DNA of 64,000 nt, taken from NCBI GenBank assembly GCA_963799395.1, contig CAWCWZ010000063.1, forward strand, positions 1,607 through 65,606, given 5' to 3'. Within the stretch, counting starts at the first letter, position 1; each line of letters starts with the position of its first letter. Source of the DNA: an uncultured Actinomycetes bacterium. Lineage in GTDB: Bacteria; Actinomycetota; Thermoleophilia; UBA2241. The translations under genes were made by a program, and so were the position numbers. Below are positions 1-9,438 of this stretch, one piece after another. The notes under the pieces are model-generated. The model was not told where the DNA came from. It searched no databases and saw only the letters and a program-made list of their open reading frames with translations.

Positions 1-636
1 GTCGGCGGGGAAGAAGCCCGTGCCGTACATGGCCTCCTCGCGCACCAGCACCGGCGGCAGCACCGGCCGGTAGCCGCGGGCGGTGACGATGCCCAGGGCG
101 TAGTGCAGCAGGGCGAGCTCGAGCAGCACGAGGTCGCCTTTGAGGTAGGCAAAGCGCGAGCCGCTGGCCCGGGCCGCCCGCTCCATGTCGATCCAGTCGT
201 GGGCCACGCCCAGGTCGAGGTGGTCGCGGGGCTCGAAGGCAAAGCTCGGGCGCTCGCCGACCTCGCGCAGCACGAGCGCGTCGTCCTCGCCGCCGTCGGG
301 GACGTCGTCGGCCACGAGGTTGGGGATGTTCAGCAGCAGGTCGTGGAGCCTGGTCTCGGAGGCGGCCAGCTCGACCTCGAGCGCCTTGATGCGGTCGCCG
401 AGCTCGCGCGTGGCCGTCATCTCGGCGCTCGCGTCCTGCCCGGCCTTCTTGCGGGCGCCGATCGCATCGCTCGCCCGCTTGCGCTCGGCGCGCATCGACT
501 CGACCTCGGTGGTGAGCGCCCGGCGGCCCTCTTCGACTTCGAGGAACTCGTCGAGCGGCGACGTGGCTGCGCCCCGCCGCTGCAGCGAGCGGCGCACCAG
601 GTCGGGGTTGGCGCGCACCATCTTCACGTCGAGCAT
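1..636 (-). CDS. serS: seryl-tRNA synthetase, N-terminal ~212 codons (3' part of the gene lies beyond the window start)
   Basis: Minus-strand translation from the ATG at 636..634 gives MLDVKMVRANPDLVRRSLQRRG..., then a coiled-coil arm and class-II core motifs (DHLDLG, GSRFAYLKGDLVLLELAL, EEAMYGTGFFP). It is absent from the ORF track because the frame runs off the window edge. Confidence 0.8.
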   Translation of the reverse strand, partial: MLDVKMVRANPDLVRRSLQRRGAATSPLDEFLEVEEGRRALTTEVESMRAERKRASDAIGARKKAGQDASAEMTATRELGDRIKALEVELAASETRLHDLLLNIPNLVADDVPDGGEDDALVLREVGERPSFAFEPRDHLDLGVAHDWIDMERAARASGSRFAYLKGDLVLLELALLHYALGIVTARGYRPVLPPVLVREEAMYGTGFFPAD

Positions 637-751
637 GGACTCACCTTTCGTCGGCCGGGCGGCCTGGTCGCTTGCCGATGCAGGGAGGCCGCCCGTACGT
701 ATCGTACCTTGTAGAATCATCGTTCGAGAACAACCGAGATGGGGAGTCGGC

Positions 752-1975
752 ATGGGCGCAGGCAGCGGGGGATTCGGCAAGCTCTGGTGGCGCTTCGCGG
801 CGCTGGTCGTGGTCGTCACAGTGATCGTCTGCGCGGCGGCCGCCGCCGTCGCCCGGGCCGACTCGCCGAGCGCCTCGCCCTCGCCCGAGGCCATCGCCTG
901 GACGGTGTCGCCGGCGGCGGTGGTCTACGGCCAGTCGGTCACCGCCCAGGGCACGGTCACGCCGGCGACGGCCGGCCTGACCGTCACGGTGGCCGTCGGC
1001 GGCGTCACCGTGGCGAGCCCCGTGACCGACTCAGGCGGCGCCTTCAGCGCGACCTTCGTGCCGGTGGCCGGTGGGAGCGTCACCGCGACCCTCGACGACG
1101 GCACGGCCGGCGCGCCCCAGACCCTGGCGGTCGCGCCCCTGCTCTCGTTCAAGCTCGGCGCCACCATGCCGTGGGGTCACACCAGGCTCACGATCGCCGT
1201 CTCGCCGGCGTCGTATACAGGTCTGGTTACAGCCGTCGTCTACCACCACGGCAAGAAGGTGGCCCGCGTCGCCGGCCACGCCGCCGGCGGCAAGCTCACC
1301 CTCTCGCTGCCGACGCCGGGCATCGGCAAGTTCCCGGTGCAGGTGACGGCCGCCGCCGCGGGCGCCTTCGCGGCCGCGCCGCTTGCCAAGACGACCCTGA
1401 GCGTCGGCTGGCGGCGCCTGGCCGTCGGCTCAAAGGGCCCCTACGTGCGCATCATGCTCAAGCGCCTCGCCGCGTTGCGCTTCCGGGTGCCGGGCATCTC
1501 GTCTGTTTTCTCTGTCGACGCCGGCGACTCGGTCGTCGCTTTCCAGAAGGCCTACGGCCTGGCCCGCACCTACGTCTTCGCCGGCGCCGACTGGCGCCGG
1601 CTCGACACGGCCCGCATCATCCGCGCCGTGCACAAGTCGCCGCAGACGCATATCGAGATCGACAAGACCCGCCAGATCCTCATGATCGTCAAGAAGGGTG
1701 TGCCCTACGGCATCCTGCCGGTCTCGACCGGGGCCACCGGCAACACCCCGGTGGGCACCTTCCACATTCTCCGCAAGGCGCCCTCGACGAGCACCTGGCT
1801 GGGCTCGGCCATCCTCTGGCGCACGATGGACTTCTACGGCAACTTCGCCATGCACGGCTACCCCGACGTGCCGCCCTACCCGGCCAGCCACGGCTGCGTG
1901 CGCGAGCCCATCTGGGTCGCCAACTGGACCTACGTGCACTCCTGGGTGGGCGAGACCGTCTACATCCACTACTGA
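752..1975 (+). CDS. L,D-transpeptidase (YkuD domain) with N-terminal membrane anchor, Ig-like repeats and a PG-binding-like segment
   Basis: In frame with ORF 185..1975. The ATG at 752 follows GGGGAG. The product has a TM segment LWWRFAALVVVVTVIVCAAAAAVA, a Thr/Val-rich beta-repeat region, and a C-terminal catalytic region (...HGCVREPIWVANW...). Confidence 0.8.
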   Translation: MGAGSGGFGKLWWRFAALVVVVTVIVCAAAAAVARADSPSASPSPEAIAWTVSPAAVVYGQSVTAQGTVTPATAGLTVTVAVGGVTVASPVTDSGGAFSATFVPVAGGSVTATLDDGTAGAPQTLAVAPLLSFKLGATMPWGHTRLTIAVSPASYTGLVTAVVYHHGKKVARVAGHAAGGKLTLSLPTPGIGKFPVQVTAAAAGAFAAAPLAKTTLSVGWRRLAVGSKGPYVRIMLKRLAALRFRVPGISSVFSVDAGDSVVAFQKAYGLARTYVFAGADWRRLDTARIIRAVHKSPQTHIEIDKTRQILMIVKKGVPYGILPVSTGATGNTPVGTFHILRKAPSTSTWLGSAILWRTMDFYGNFAMHGYPDVPPYPASHGCVREPIWVANWTYVHSWVGETVYIHY

Positions 1976-2081
1976 GGTTCGAGCACGGGAGGGGCGGCGG
2001 GACGGGCCGGGGCGGCGGGCGATTGTTCGCCCTTGCCGCCGCCCCGACTTGCCGCCGCCCCGACTTGCCGCCGGTGCGCCG

Positions 2082-2777
2082 TCAGGCGAGGGCCTCGACG
2101 ATCGCCGCTCCCAGCTCGGCCGGCCTGGTGAACTGCGGCCAGTGCCCGGTCGGCAGATCGACGAGCCGCGCGTTGCGCACCGCGGCGAGCTCCGCCAGAT
2201 ACGGGTGGCCCTTTGCCATCCACTCGCGCAGCTTGGCGGACGGGAACTCGCAGGTGATCACCGTGATCGGCACGTCGTAGCGGCGCGGGTCGCGCAGCAC
2301 CTGGCGATCGGTCGCCACCGCCGCCGGCTCGGGGATCGCCGTCGCCCGGAACCGGCGCCTCAGCTCGTCGTCCAGGTCGATGAGGTCCTCGCTTGTGAAC
2401 ACCGACCAGTCGGGCAGCGGGATCTCGCCGTCGACGACCGGCAGCTCGGCGTTGATCACGCCGCCGTCGCCAAGCGGCAGCGAGTCGACGTACACGACGC
2501 GGGCGACCCTGTCGGGCCGGGCGTCGACCGTCGCGTGGGCGATCGCCCCGCCGCCGCTGTGACCGACCAGCGCCACCGGCGCCTGGGTGGCGTCGACGGC
2601 CGCGACGACCGCGGCGACGTGATCGGCGAGGCCGATGCCGGCGCGCTCGTCGTCGATCGCGGCGAGGCCGGGCAGCGTCAGCGCGCGCGCCCGGTGGCCG
2701 GCGGCCGCAAGCGCCGGGACGATGCCGTCCCACGAGGCGGCGTTCAACCAGAATCCGGGGATGAGGATGACGTCCAT
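2082..2777 (-). CDS. alpha/beta-fold hydrolase
   Basis: Internal Met (MDVILIPGFWLNAASW...) of ORF 2082..3077 taken as the start. It has a GHSGGG nucleophile-elbow motif. The upstream 100 codons of the ORF are Arg/Pro-rich filler. Confidence 0.7.
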   Translation of the reverse strand: MDVILIPGFWLNAASWDGIVPALAAAGHRARALTLPGLAAIDDERAGIGLADHVAAVVAAVDATQAPVALVGHSGGGAIAHATVDARPDRVARVVYVDSLPLGDGGVINAELPVVDGEIPLPDWSVFTSEDLIDLDDELRRRFRATAIPEPAAVATDRQVLRDPRRYDVPITVITCEFPSAKLREWMAKGHPYLAELAAVRNARLVDLPTGHWPQFTRPAELGAAIVEALA

Positions 2778-2785
2778 ATCGGGCC

Positions 2786-3313
2786 TCACTGCGTCGGTGT
2801 TACGGGGTAGCGGATGATGGTCTTCATCTGCCTGGCGTCGGGCTTGGTCAGGTACTCCTCTTCGTGGGGCCTCGCGATCTCGTAGCCGCTCTCGGCCACA
2901 AAGGTGTGCAGCCGGGCGACCGTCGCGGGCTCGTCTGCGTAGGGCCCCAGGTGCAGGATGTGGGCCATGGTGCCGTACTCCCAGGTCTCCAGGCCGACCG
3001 GCACGTCCGGCACCGTCTGGGGCAGCTCGTCGGGGGCGAGGTCGTCGGGCACGGGAATACCCCACAGGCTCACCCACTGCTCGCGGGGCGTGTCGAGCGG
3101 CAGCGGCCAGCGCGCCCGCGGGGCGCTCACCTTGAACTCCGCGCCGCGCGGCTTGAGCACCTTGAACTTGAGCGTGTAGAGGGCCCCGAACAGGGCGGGA
3201 AAGACATCGGGGCCGACCTCGTTGGGGTCGCCCAGCGAGCGCACCACCGCCGTCTTCTGGGCGGGCATCTCAACGATGGCCGGCTTTTGACGGACGCCGA
3301 ACGGCAGAGCCAT
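2786..3313 (-). CDS. GyrI-like small-molecule-binding domain protein
   Basis: 175 aa ORF whose C-terminus (...MKTIIRYPVTP) and overall pattern are typical of GyrI-like effector-binding domains. It is tightly packed with the upstream GNAT gene. Confidence 0.5.
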   Translation of the reverse strand: MALPFGVRQKPAIVEMPAQKTAVVRSLGDPNEVGPDVFPALFGALYTLKFKVLKPRGAEFKVSAPRARWPLPLDTPREQWVSLWGIPVPDDLAPDELPQTVPDVPVGLETWEYGTMAHILHLGPYADEPATVARLHTFVAESGYEIARPHEEEYLTKPDARQMKTIIRYPVTPTQ

Positions 3314-3314
3314 C

Positions 3315-3776
3315 CTAGTCGGCCTGCAGGCGCTTCTCCAGGACGATCATCTCGGGCCGGTCGGGGGCGGGCTGCGGCACGAAGGCGTGGCCGCGGTAGA
3401 GGTGCTGCGAGCGCTCGTCGGCGGCCGGCACCAGGGCCCGCAGCCGGGCGCGGCGCTCGGCGAAGGCCAGGCCCTCGACCCAGTCCATCAGCTGGTGGGC
3501 CACGGCCTGGGCCTCGAAGGCGGGGTTGACGCACAGGCAGCGCACCTCGAGCGCCTCGGGGGCGCGCTCGACGGCCACGTAGCCGGCGATCTCGCCCTGG
3601 GATTCGGCGACGAACACCGTCGCCTCGCCGAACAGCGCGATCAGATCGCCGGGATCGTAGCGTTCGGGGTGGCCGGCGCCGGCGGCCAGGGGGTGGAGGG
3701 TCTCCTCGGCCAGGAAGAGGAGCATGCTCTCGTCGCCGTTCTGCATGGTGCGGATCTCGACCTTGACACGTGTCAT
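3315..3776 (-). CDS. GNAT family N-acetyltransferase
   Basis: 153 aa ORF with a GNAT motif-A-like segment (VRCLCVNPAFEAQAVAHQLMDW). Its stop is 2 nt from the next gene's start. Confidence 0.75.
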   Translation of the reverse strand: MTRVKVEIRTMQNGDESMLLFLAEETLHPLAAGAGHPERYDPGDLIALFGEATVFVAESQGEIAGYVAVERAPEALEVRCLCVNPAFEAQAVAHQLMDWVEGLAFAERRARLRALVPAADERSQHLYRGHAFVPQPAPDRPEMIVLEKRLQAD

Positions 3777-3809
3777 GCGGACCCTCCGGCACTCTCGGAG
3801 ACGCTCGGG

Positions 3810-4865
3810 TCACCCTTGAGCGATCATGTCCTCTTCCTCATGGATTGTATACCGCAGAGTGACCCAAACCAGCACGCTGACCGTGAGCCCGACGAGGGCT
3901 TCGAGCTGCTCTATATAGAAGGCGAAGACCTGGCCGACGAAGATCGACACGAGGGTCGCCCGCAAAAACCAGCGGTACGCCTCGAGGCGCGAGTGGCGCA
4001 GCACGACGATGCCCACGACCACCAGGACGCCGACCACGAGCGAGGCCACGAGCGAGCCCGCCCGGGCGAACTGCAGGGCGTTGCGGGCGGCGCTGCTCAG
4101 GCTCTGGTCGGGGGTCTCGGCGAGCTCGGCGACGCGCCGCACGGCCTCGACCGAGGCCACCAGCGAGGCCGCCACGAAGCCGGCCACGACCAGGCGCCCG
4201 AACCAGGGGCGGCCGACGAGGCGGCGGTAGGTCTGGTCGAGGGAGCGGCGCGCCTGCACCACCCAGTGCGGCGAGGGCGGCGGCGCCGCATCGATGCGTT
4301 CCAGGGCGGCCGTCAGCGCCGTCACCAGCGGGTCGTTCTGGTCGCAGCGCGTGAGCAGCAGCAGGGCGCGCCGTTTCTCGTCTGTGTCGAGGTCGCGGAT
4401 GACGGCCTCTTTGGTGAGCTCGAGGGCGCCGGCGAGGTTGGCCGCCGGCGAGCGCCGGGCGCCGGCGGCGAGGCGCCGGAAGACGAGCACGAGTACCACA
4501 AAGATGATGTAGATGAGGGCCACGGTGGGCCGGTAGAAGTAGTTGTTGTCGCGGCTGATGACCTTGCCGAGCTCGTCGATGAACACCCCAAAGCCGGCGC
4601 CGCCCATGACGGCTGCGATCTCCGCCGACAGGCGGCTGACCGAGACCAGCAGCATGACGATGGCCGCCATCATGCCGAGGCCGCCCCAGAGCATGTGGGC
4701 GATGTGCAGGTGGGCGCCGCCGAGGCTCGGGTACTCGGTGACGGCGAGGATGAAGCGCACCACCAGGAACGAGGTCACCGCGGCCACCCAGAACGCCTCG
4801 AGCAGGCCGCCGGCGTCCAGGCGCAGGACGAGCATGTGGCGGCGGAAGGGGTTCAGGCCGGCCAT
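3810..4865 (-). CDS. integral membrane protein, unknown function
   Basis: 351 aa ORF with multiple hydrophobic helices at the N- and C-terminal ends and a hydrophilic central region. I could not assign a family. Confidence 0.55.
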   Translation of the reverse strand: MAGLNPFRRHMLVLRLDAGGLLEAFWVAAVTSFLVVRFILAVTEYPSLGGAHLHIAHMLWGGLGMMAAIVMLLVSVSRLSAEIAAVMGGAGFGVFIDELGKVISRDNNYFYRPTVALIYIIFVVLVLVFRRLAAGARRSPAANLAGALELTKEAVIRDLDTDEKRRALLLLTRCDQNDPLVTALTAALERIDAAPPPSPHWVVQARRSLDQTYRRLVGRPWFGRLVVAGFVAASLVASVEAVRRVAELAETPDQSLSSAARNALQFARAGSLVASLVVGVLVVVGIVVLRHSRLEAYRWFLRATLVSIFVGQVFAFYIEQLEALVGLTVSVLVWVTLRYTIHEEEDMIAQG

Positions 4866-4881
4866 CGGGGCGGCCCGGCGC

Positions 4882-5725
4882 TCAGGCGGGGTAGGAGCCC
4901 AGCACCTTCAGCCAGGAGAGCTTGCAGCCGAGGCAGGAGAGCGCTTGGGCGATGGGCGGGTCGGAGCTGCGGCCCACCATGTCGATGAAGAAGATGTAGT
5001 CGCCGAGCCCCTGCTTGGAGGGCCGCGATTCGACCTTCGTCAGGTTGACGTAGCGGTAGGCGAACTCGGAGAGGATCATCAGCAGGCTGCCGGGCTGGTC
5101 CTGGGAGATGCCGCAGACGATGCTCGTCTTGAAGGTCTCGTCGGTCTCTTGCGGCGCCTCGTCGCGGCTCACGAAGACGAAGCGGGTGCGGTTCTCCTGG
5201 GCGTCGTCGATGTCGGGGGCGATCACCTCGCACTCGTACATCTCGGCCGCCAGGCGGGTGCCGATGGCCACCCACGGCCGGTCGACGCGGCTCACGCGGC
5301 GCACCGCTTCGGCGGTCGAGTCGGTGGCCTCGTGCTCGACGCCGTCCAGGTGCTCGCGGATGAACTCGCGGCACTGGCCGTAGGCGTGCGGGATGCTGAC
5401 GATCTTGGTGACGCGCTCGAACTCGAGCGGAGCGCCGGGCGATGAGCTGCTGGTGCACCTGCCAGGTGATCTCGCGCACGATGCGCAGCTCGTCGAAGCC
5501 GAAGGCCAGGCTGTCGAGGGTGACGACCACCGAGCCCTCGAGCGAGTTCTCGATGGGCACGATGCCCAGCGGCGCCTCGCCGGCCTGCACCGCCTTGAGC
5601 ACCTCGCGGATCGACGGGTAGGGGAACGGGTGGTAGGCGCCGATCGGCATGTTGGCCAGCAGGGCCTCTTCGCTGAAGGTGCCCTCGGGGCCGAGAAAGG
5701 CGATCGGCTGCGAGCCGGCGCTCAT
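4882..5725 (-). CDS. pheA: prephenate dehydratase (PDT catalytic domain plus ACT domain), reading frame broken by a 1-nt frameshift near 5432..5440
   Basis: The N-terminal PDT domain (MSAGSQPIAFLGPEGTFSEEALL...IVPIENSLEGSV...) lies in the frame of the composite ORF 4853..7579. The C-terminal part (APLEFERVTKIVSIPHAYGQCREF...ESRPS...VLGSYPA) lies in the frame of ORF 4882..5304. The span is 844 nt, which is not a multiple of 3. The start ATGA overlaps the stop of the upstream DUF4446 gene. Confidence 0.8.
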
Positions 5726-6402
5726 GCCGGCTCCTCCGGCCACGGCTCGTCGTCGGGCGGCGGCGGCGAGTGCGGCGACTCGATGGGGGCCAGAGGCGTC
5801 ACGGCGGGTGCCGCGGCCGGCGGCGCTGCCGGTTCGGCTGGTCTGGCGGCGGCGGGCCGGCCGGCGGCGGGCTCGGCTGCCGCCGCGGGCTTGGCGGCGG
5901 CCGGCTTGCCGGCCGCCACACCGACGAGCGCCTGCTCGACGACGTCGACCTCTTCGGGCGACAGCGCCCGGTCGGGCACCGAGCGGCGCAGCTGCTTGAC
6001 GTAGATGCGGGCGTAGTCGCGCGAGTGGATCATGCTGATGACGAGGCCCGAGGCGGTGTTGTCGAGCAGGGCGATCGAGGCGCTCTGCTCGCCGCCGATG
6101 TCGCGGAAGGCGTCGTAGCGCACGACGGCGCGGTGGGTGAAGGCGCGGTCGAGGTCGGTCTTGTAGCCGGTCAGCAGGCCGTCGAGGCCCTGCACCGCGT
6201 CGCGCAGGTTGCGCACCTGCTCCTCGAGGTCCTGGGCGTGGTCCACGAGGTCGCGCTCGCCGTGGGCGCCGAGCACGGCGAGCTGGGCCCGCCGCAGGCG
6301 GCGCTGCCCGCCGATGAGGCGCACCACGAGGATGAGCAGCACCACGGCGAGCGCGGCGGCGCCGAGCGCCAGGTAGGGGGCGATATCGCGCAGGGTCTGC
6401 AC
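5722..6402 (-). CDS. DUF4446-like membrane-anchored protein with Ala/Pro-rich C-terminal tail
   Basis: 226 aa ORF with an N-terminal TM helix and a conserved core (VRYDAFRDIGGEQSASIALLDNTASGLVISMIHSRDYARIYVK). Its stop overlaps the pheA start. Confidence 0.55.
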   Translation of the reverse strand: MQTLRDIAPYLALGAAALAVVLLILVVRLIGGQRRLRRAQLAVLGAHGERDLVDHAQDLEEQVRNLRDAVQGLDGLLTGYKTDLDRAFTHRAVVRYDAFRDIGGEQSASIALLDNTASGLVISMIHSRDYARIYVKQLRRSVPDRALSPEEVDVVEQALVGVAAGKPAAAKPAAAAEPAAGRPAAARPAEPAAPPAAAPAVTPLAPIESPHSPPPPDDEPWPEEPA

Positions 6403-6408
6403 GGACCG

Positions 6409-7512
6409 TTACTTGAGGACCGGGATGATGATGAAGCTCAAGCTGTTGTTGCTGAGGACCTTCTCGCCGGGCACGGGGCCGGCGATGACCTTGAGGTGCG
6501 ACGACTTGGTGATCGCCGTCGAGGGGATGTTGAGGCCCGTCACGTCGGCGGTCGCCGTCGCGCCCTTGGCGATCGAGGGGATGGTGGCGCTGTAGGTCTG
6601 GGGGGTGGTGCCGCCGGGGCCGGTCCAGGTGATCTTGACCGGCACGTTGGTCTCGGTCGAGCCGCCCGTGTTCTGGACCGTCGCGACGACGATGATGCCG
6701 ACCGACGCCTGGAAGTTGTTGGAGCCGCTGGTCGAGAGCGTCACCGTCTTGCCGTTGCTCTTGATGGCGACACCCGTGAGGGCGACGCCGTGCAGGCCGG
6801 TGAGCTTGGTCGACGACGCCACGGTCGCCAGGGCGGCGCTCAGGGCGCTCGGTGAGAAGACGTTGCTGGTCGCGAAGAAGCTGTGCAGCGCCGGCACGGA
6901 CACGTTGCTGACGCCGTCGTTCTTCAAGACGGTCTGGGCCTGCGTGTAGTAGAGCTGCTTGTAGTAGTCGTCGGGCCCGGTGAAGTAGCCCGACAGGGCG
7001 GCCAGCGCGCGGGCCGTGGTGTGGAGGTGCTTGCCGTTGAGGGCGGCCAGCAGCCCGCTGCGCACCTGTTCGACACCGGCCAGGCGCACCTGCTCGCCCT
7101 CGACCAGGACCTGCTGGAGGCTCTTGAGCTTGCCCGGGGCGTTGATGTGCTCGGTGCGGGTGGTGATCTCGTCCTGCTGGGCGACGAGAGCTTTGAGCGT
7201 GGACTGGAGCTGCGCGCGGCCGCTCTTTGTGGGGTCGGCGAGGAGCGCCGCGAGCGGCTTGCCGACCTTGTTGGTGGAGTCGGAGAGGACGTTCCCGACC
7301 TGGCTGAAGTACGTGCGGTAGGTCGCCTCTTTGGCGCTCTGCTGGCACGAGCGGATGACGAGGGCCAGCACGAAGACCAGCGCGAAGAGGGCGATCAGGG
7401 CGATCACGAGGCGCTGGATGCGCAGCCGGGAGCGGCTGCGCTTGCGGCGGGGGTGGCGAGGGGCCGGCGCCGTGACCTGCGTGATCTCTTGGTCGTCGTC
7501 GAAGAACGACAC
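6409..7512 (-). CDS. membrane-anchored protein with C-terminal CARDB/Ig-like beta domain
   Basis: 367 aa ORF with a basic N-terminus, one TM helix (LVIALIALFALVFVLALVI), a long helical region, and a C-terminal beta-rich domain (VVATVQNTGGSTETNVPVKITW). Confidence 0.5.
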   Translation of the reverse strand: MSFFDDDQEITQVTAPAPRHPRRKRSRSRLRIQRLVIALIALFALVFVLALVIRSCQQSAKEATYRTYFSQVGNVLSDSTNKVGKPLAALLADPTKSGRAQLQSTLKALVAQQDEITTRTEHINAPGKLKSLQQVLVEGEQVRLAGVEQVRSGLLAALNGKHLHTTARALAALSGYFTGPDDYYKQLYYTQAQTVLKNDGVSNVSVPALHSFFATSNVFSPSALSAALATVASSTKLTGLHGVALTGVAIKSNGKTVTLSTSGSNNFQASVGIIVVATVQNTGGSTETNVPVKITWTGPGGTTPQTYSATIPSIAKGATATADVTGLNIPSTAITKSSHLKVIAGPVPGEKVLSNNSLSFIIIPVLK

Positions 7513-7535
7513 TAGCGATCCCCCCTGCGTGGAGA

Positions 7536-7622
7536 TGGTGGGCGAGGCGGGATTTGAACCCGCAAGCTCTTGCGAGCACTAGGTCCTGAACCTAGCGTGT
7601 CTGCCAATTTCACCACTCGCCC
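7536..7622 (-). tRNA. leuT: tRNA-Leu (anticodon CAG)
   Basis: The reverse complement folds as a type-II tRNA: acceptor GGGCGAG/CTCGCCC, anticodon stem CTAGG/CCTAG with loop TTCAGGA, a long variable arm, T-loop GGGTTCAAATCCCGC, and an encoded CCA. leuT also sits upstream of fhaA in mycobacteria. Confidence 0.85.
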
Positions 7623-7729
7623 TCGCGGACCCCGAACAGGTTCAAGACTATACCATAGCGAATAGATGGCGACAGGGAGCCGAGAGCGCCCTTCGCGGAA
7701 GCAACGGAAACCGGGAGGCTCGTAGGTCC

Positions 7730-8842
7730 GTGCCCGCCTCGTCGTACGACCGCACACCCCTCTTCACCGACTGGCGCGACCGCTACGAGGTCGTGGCCAA
7801 GATCGGGGCCGGCGGCTCGGCCGAGGTCTACGAGGCCGTCGACCTCGAATCAGAGCGCGACGTCGCCCTCAAGGTCATCGACGAGCGCGGTGCCCTCGCC
7901 GGTCGTGTGGTGCGCGAGGTCGAGGCCGCCCGGGCCCTCGACCACCCCGGCATCGTCGCCCTGCTCGACTTCTTCTCCGACGGCCGCCGCAGCTTTCTCG
8001 TCTGGGAGCTGGTACGCGGCCAGTCGCTGGCCGAGCTCGCAGGCGAGCTGCGCGACGACGAGGCGGTGCTGGCCGCCGCCCAGCTCTGCGACGCCCTCGC
8101 CTACGCCCACGCCAAGGGCGTCGTGCACCGCGACGTCAAGCCCCAGAACGTCATGATCGACGGCCGCGGCGTGGTCAAGGTCATGGATTTCGGCATCGCC
8201 CACCTGTCCGGCGCCGACACGCTGACCGCCGAGGGCGAGCTCCTCGGCACCGTCGCCTACATGTCGCCCGAGCAGGCGGCCGGCCGCCGCGTCGGCCCGC
8301 CGACCGACGTCTACTCGGCCGCCGTGCTGCTCTACGAGCTGCTGGCCGGCAACAACCCCGTGCGCGGCGCCACCGCCGGCGAGACCGTCGGCAACATCAT
8401 CGGCGGCCGCATCGCCCCCCTCGAACAGCTCCGCCCCGACCTGCCGCGCGAGCTCTCCGACGTGGTGGCCGCCGCCTGCGCCACGCGCGCCGTCGAGCGG
8501 CCCTCGGCGGCCGAGACGGCCGAGGCCCTGCGGGCCCTGGCCGAGCGCGTGAGCGGCGGCGGCCGGCGGCTGCGCCCCGGCCGCCTGCTGGCGCCGCTGC
8601 GCCGCCTCGAGGTGGTCGCCAGCCGTGGCCTCGGCGCGGCCCTCGCCGGCGCCGGTCTCGCCATGCTCGTCGCGCGCCTGCCGGCCTACCCGCCGAGCTG
8701 GACGCTGCCGCTGGCCCTGGCGCCGCCGCCCTCTGGCTGGTCGTGCCGTCCGCCGGCCTGGCCTTTGCCCTGGGCGCCGGCGCCTTCCCGGTGTTCAACC
8801 TGTCGGGCTCGGCCGGCGTCGCCTACGTGGCGGTCGTCCTGA
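7730..8842 (+). CDS. Hanks-type Ser/Thr protein kinase catalytic domain plus one TM helix; the last ~50 codons of the ORF look out of frame
   Basis: Kinase motifs present: IGAGGSAEVY, VALKV, HRDVKPQN, DFG and SPE. After a putative TM helix (GLGAALAGAGLAMLVARL) the frame decays into a Pro/Trp-rich tail (PPSWTLPLALAPPPSGWSCRPPAWPLPW). Confidence 0.8.
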   Translation: MPASSYDRTPLFTDWRDRYEVVAKIGAGGSAEVYEAVDLESERDVALKVIDERGALAGRVVREVEAARALDHPGIVALLDFFSDGRRSFLVWELVRGQSLAELAGELRDDEAVLAAAQLCDALAYAHAKGVVHRDVKPQNVMIDGRGVVKVMDFGIAHLSGADTLTAEGELLGTVAYMSPEQAAGRRVGPPTDVYSAAVLLYELLAGNNPVRGATAGETVGNIIGGRIAPLEQLRPDLPRELSDVVAAACATRAVERPSAAETAEALRALAERVSGGGRRLRPGRLLAPLRRLEVVASRGLGAALAGAGLAMLVARLPAYPPSWTLPLALAPPPSGWSCRPPAWPLPWAPAPSRCSTCRARPASPTWRSS

Positions 8843-9438
8843 CCGTGTTTCTGGCCTTCCGCCGGCGGCCCCTCTACTGCGTCTGGCCGGTGCTGGCGCT
8901 GGTCCTCGTCCCCGTCTTCGGCACGCTGCTCGCCGTGTGTGCGGCGGCGGCCTTCGGCCGCCGCCGCGGCCCCCTGGTCGCCGCCTGGACGGCGATCGTC
9001 ACCTATCTCGTCGTGGCCCTGGCGGCGCCGGCGCGCTCGGCCTTCGCCGGCTATCAGGCGCCCGGCCGGCTGGCCGGCCGCCTGCTTGCCGCCGGCGACC
9101 CGCTCACGCTGCTGATCGCCGCCGGTCGCGCCGTGGTGAGCTGGCCCTGCCTGTTCCAGGCGGGGCTGTGGGCCGGCCTCGCGCTGGCGCTGGCCATGGC
9201 CCTGCGCCTGCCGCGCCTGGAGACGCGCCTGTGGCTGTGGTCTCTTACCTTCAGCGCCTTCTACATTCTTGCCCGCGCCGTGCCGGTCTCGCTGTGGCAC
9301 CTGCCGGCCGGCTCGCGCGAGCTCCTGCTGAACGTGCTGGTCGCGGCCGCCGCGAGCGCCGTCGTGCTGGTCGCGGTCTCGCCCGAGGCGGGCAGCGCGC
9401 CGGTGCCGGCCGGCGATCCGATCTGGGACGAAGCCTAG
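8743..9438 (+). CDS. polytopic membrane domain ORF (at least 5 TM helices), probably the C-terminal domain of the preceding kinase displaced by a -1 frame change near 8683..8692
   Basis: A hydrophobic helix-rich translation (…AAALWLVVPSAGLAFALGAGAFPVF…VLALVLVPVFGTLLAVCAAAAF…) is open in this frame from about 8683. It has no start codon of its own until the GTG at 8743 and overlaps the kinase ORF tail. Confidence 0.5.
   Translation: MPSAGLAFALGAGAFPVFNLSGSAGVAYVAVVLTVFLAFRRRPLYCVWPVLALVLVPVFGTLLAVCAAAAFGRRRGPLVAAWTAIVTYLVVALAAPARSAFAGYQAPGRLAGRLLAAGDPLTLLIAAGRAVVSWPCLFQAGLWAGLALALAMALRLPRLETRLWLWSLTFSAFYILARAVPVSLWHLPAGSRELLLNVLVAAAASAVVLVAVSPEAGSAPVPAGDPIWDEA

Noticed and set aside
1976-2081. 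ORFs 1698..2810 + and 1969..2733 - spanning the LDT/hydrolase gap
   Set aside because: They are low-complexity and overlap the well-supported alpha/beta-hydrolase on the opposite strand or frame. The real intergenic gap is only about 100 nt.
3387-4988. 533-codon plus-strand ORF, and similar long ORFs (e.g. 10819..12219 -, 12795..13676 -, 14548..16950 -, 33542..35581 -, 36847..38709 -, 50445..53096 -)
   Set aside because: These are Arg/Gly/Pro/Ala-rich low-complexity translations antisense to well-supported conserved genes. Such ORFs are typical of >70% GC DNA.
4853-7579. 908-codon minus-strand ORF
   Set aside because: It is a composite read-through in GC-rich DNA. It contains the pheA N-terminal half in frame, but is otherwise Arg/Pro/Gly-rich filler antisense or out of frame to the DUF4446 and CARDB genes. 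The real genes here are 4882..5725, 5722..6402 and 6409..7512.
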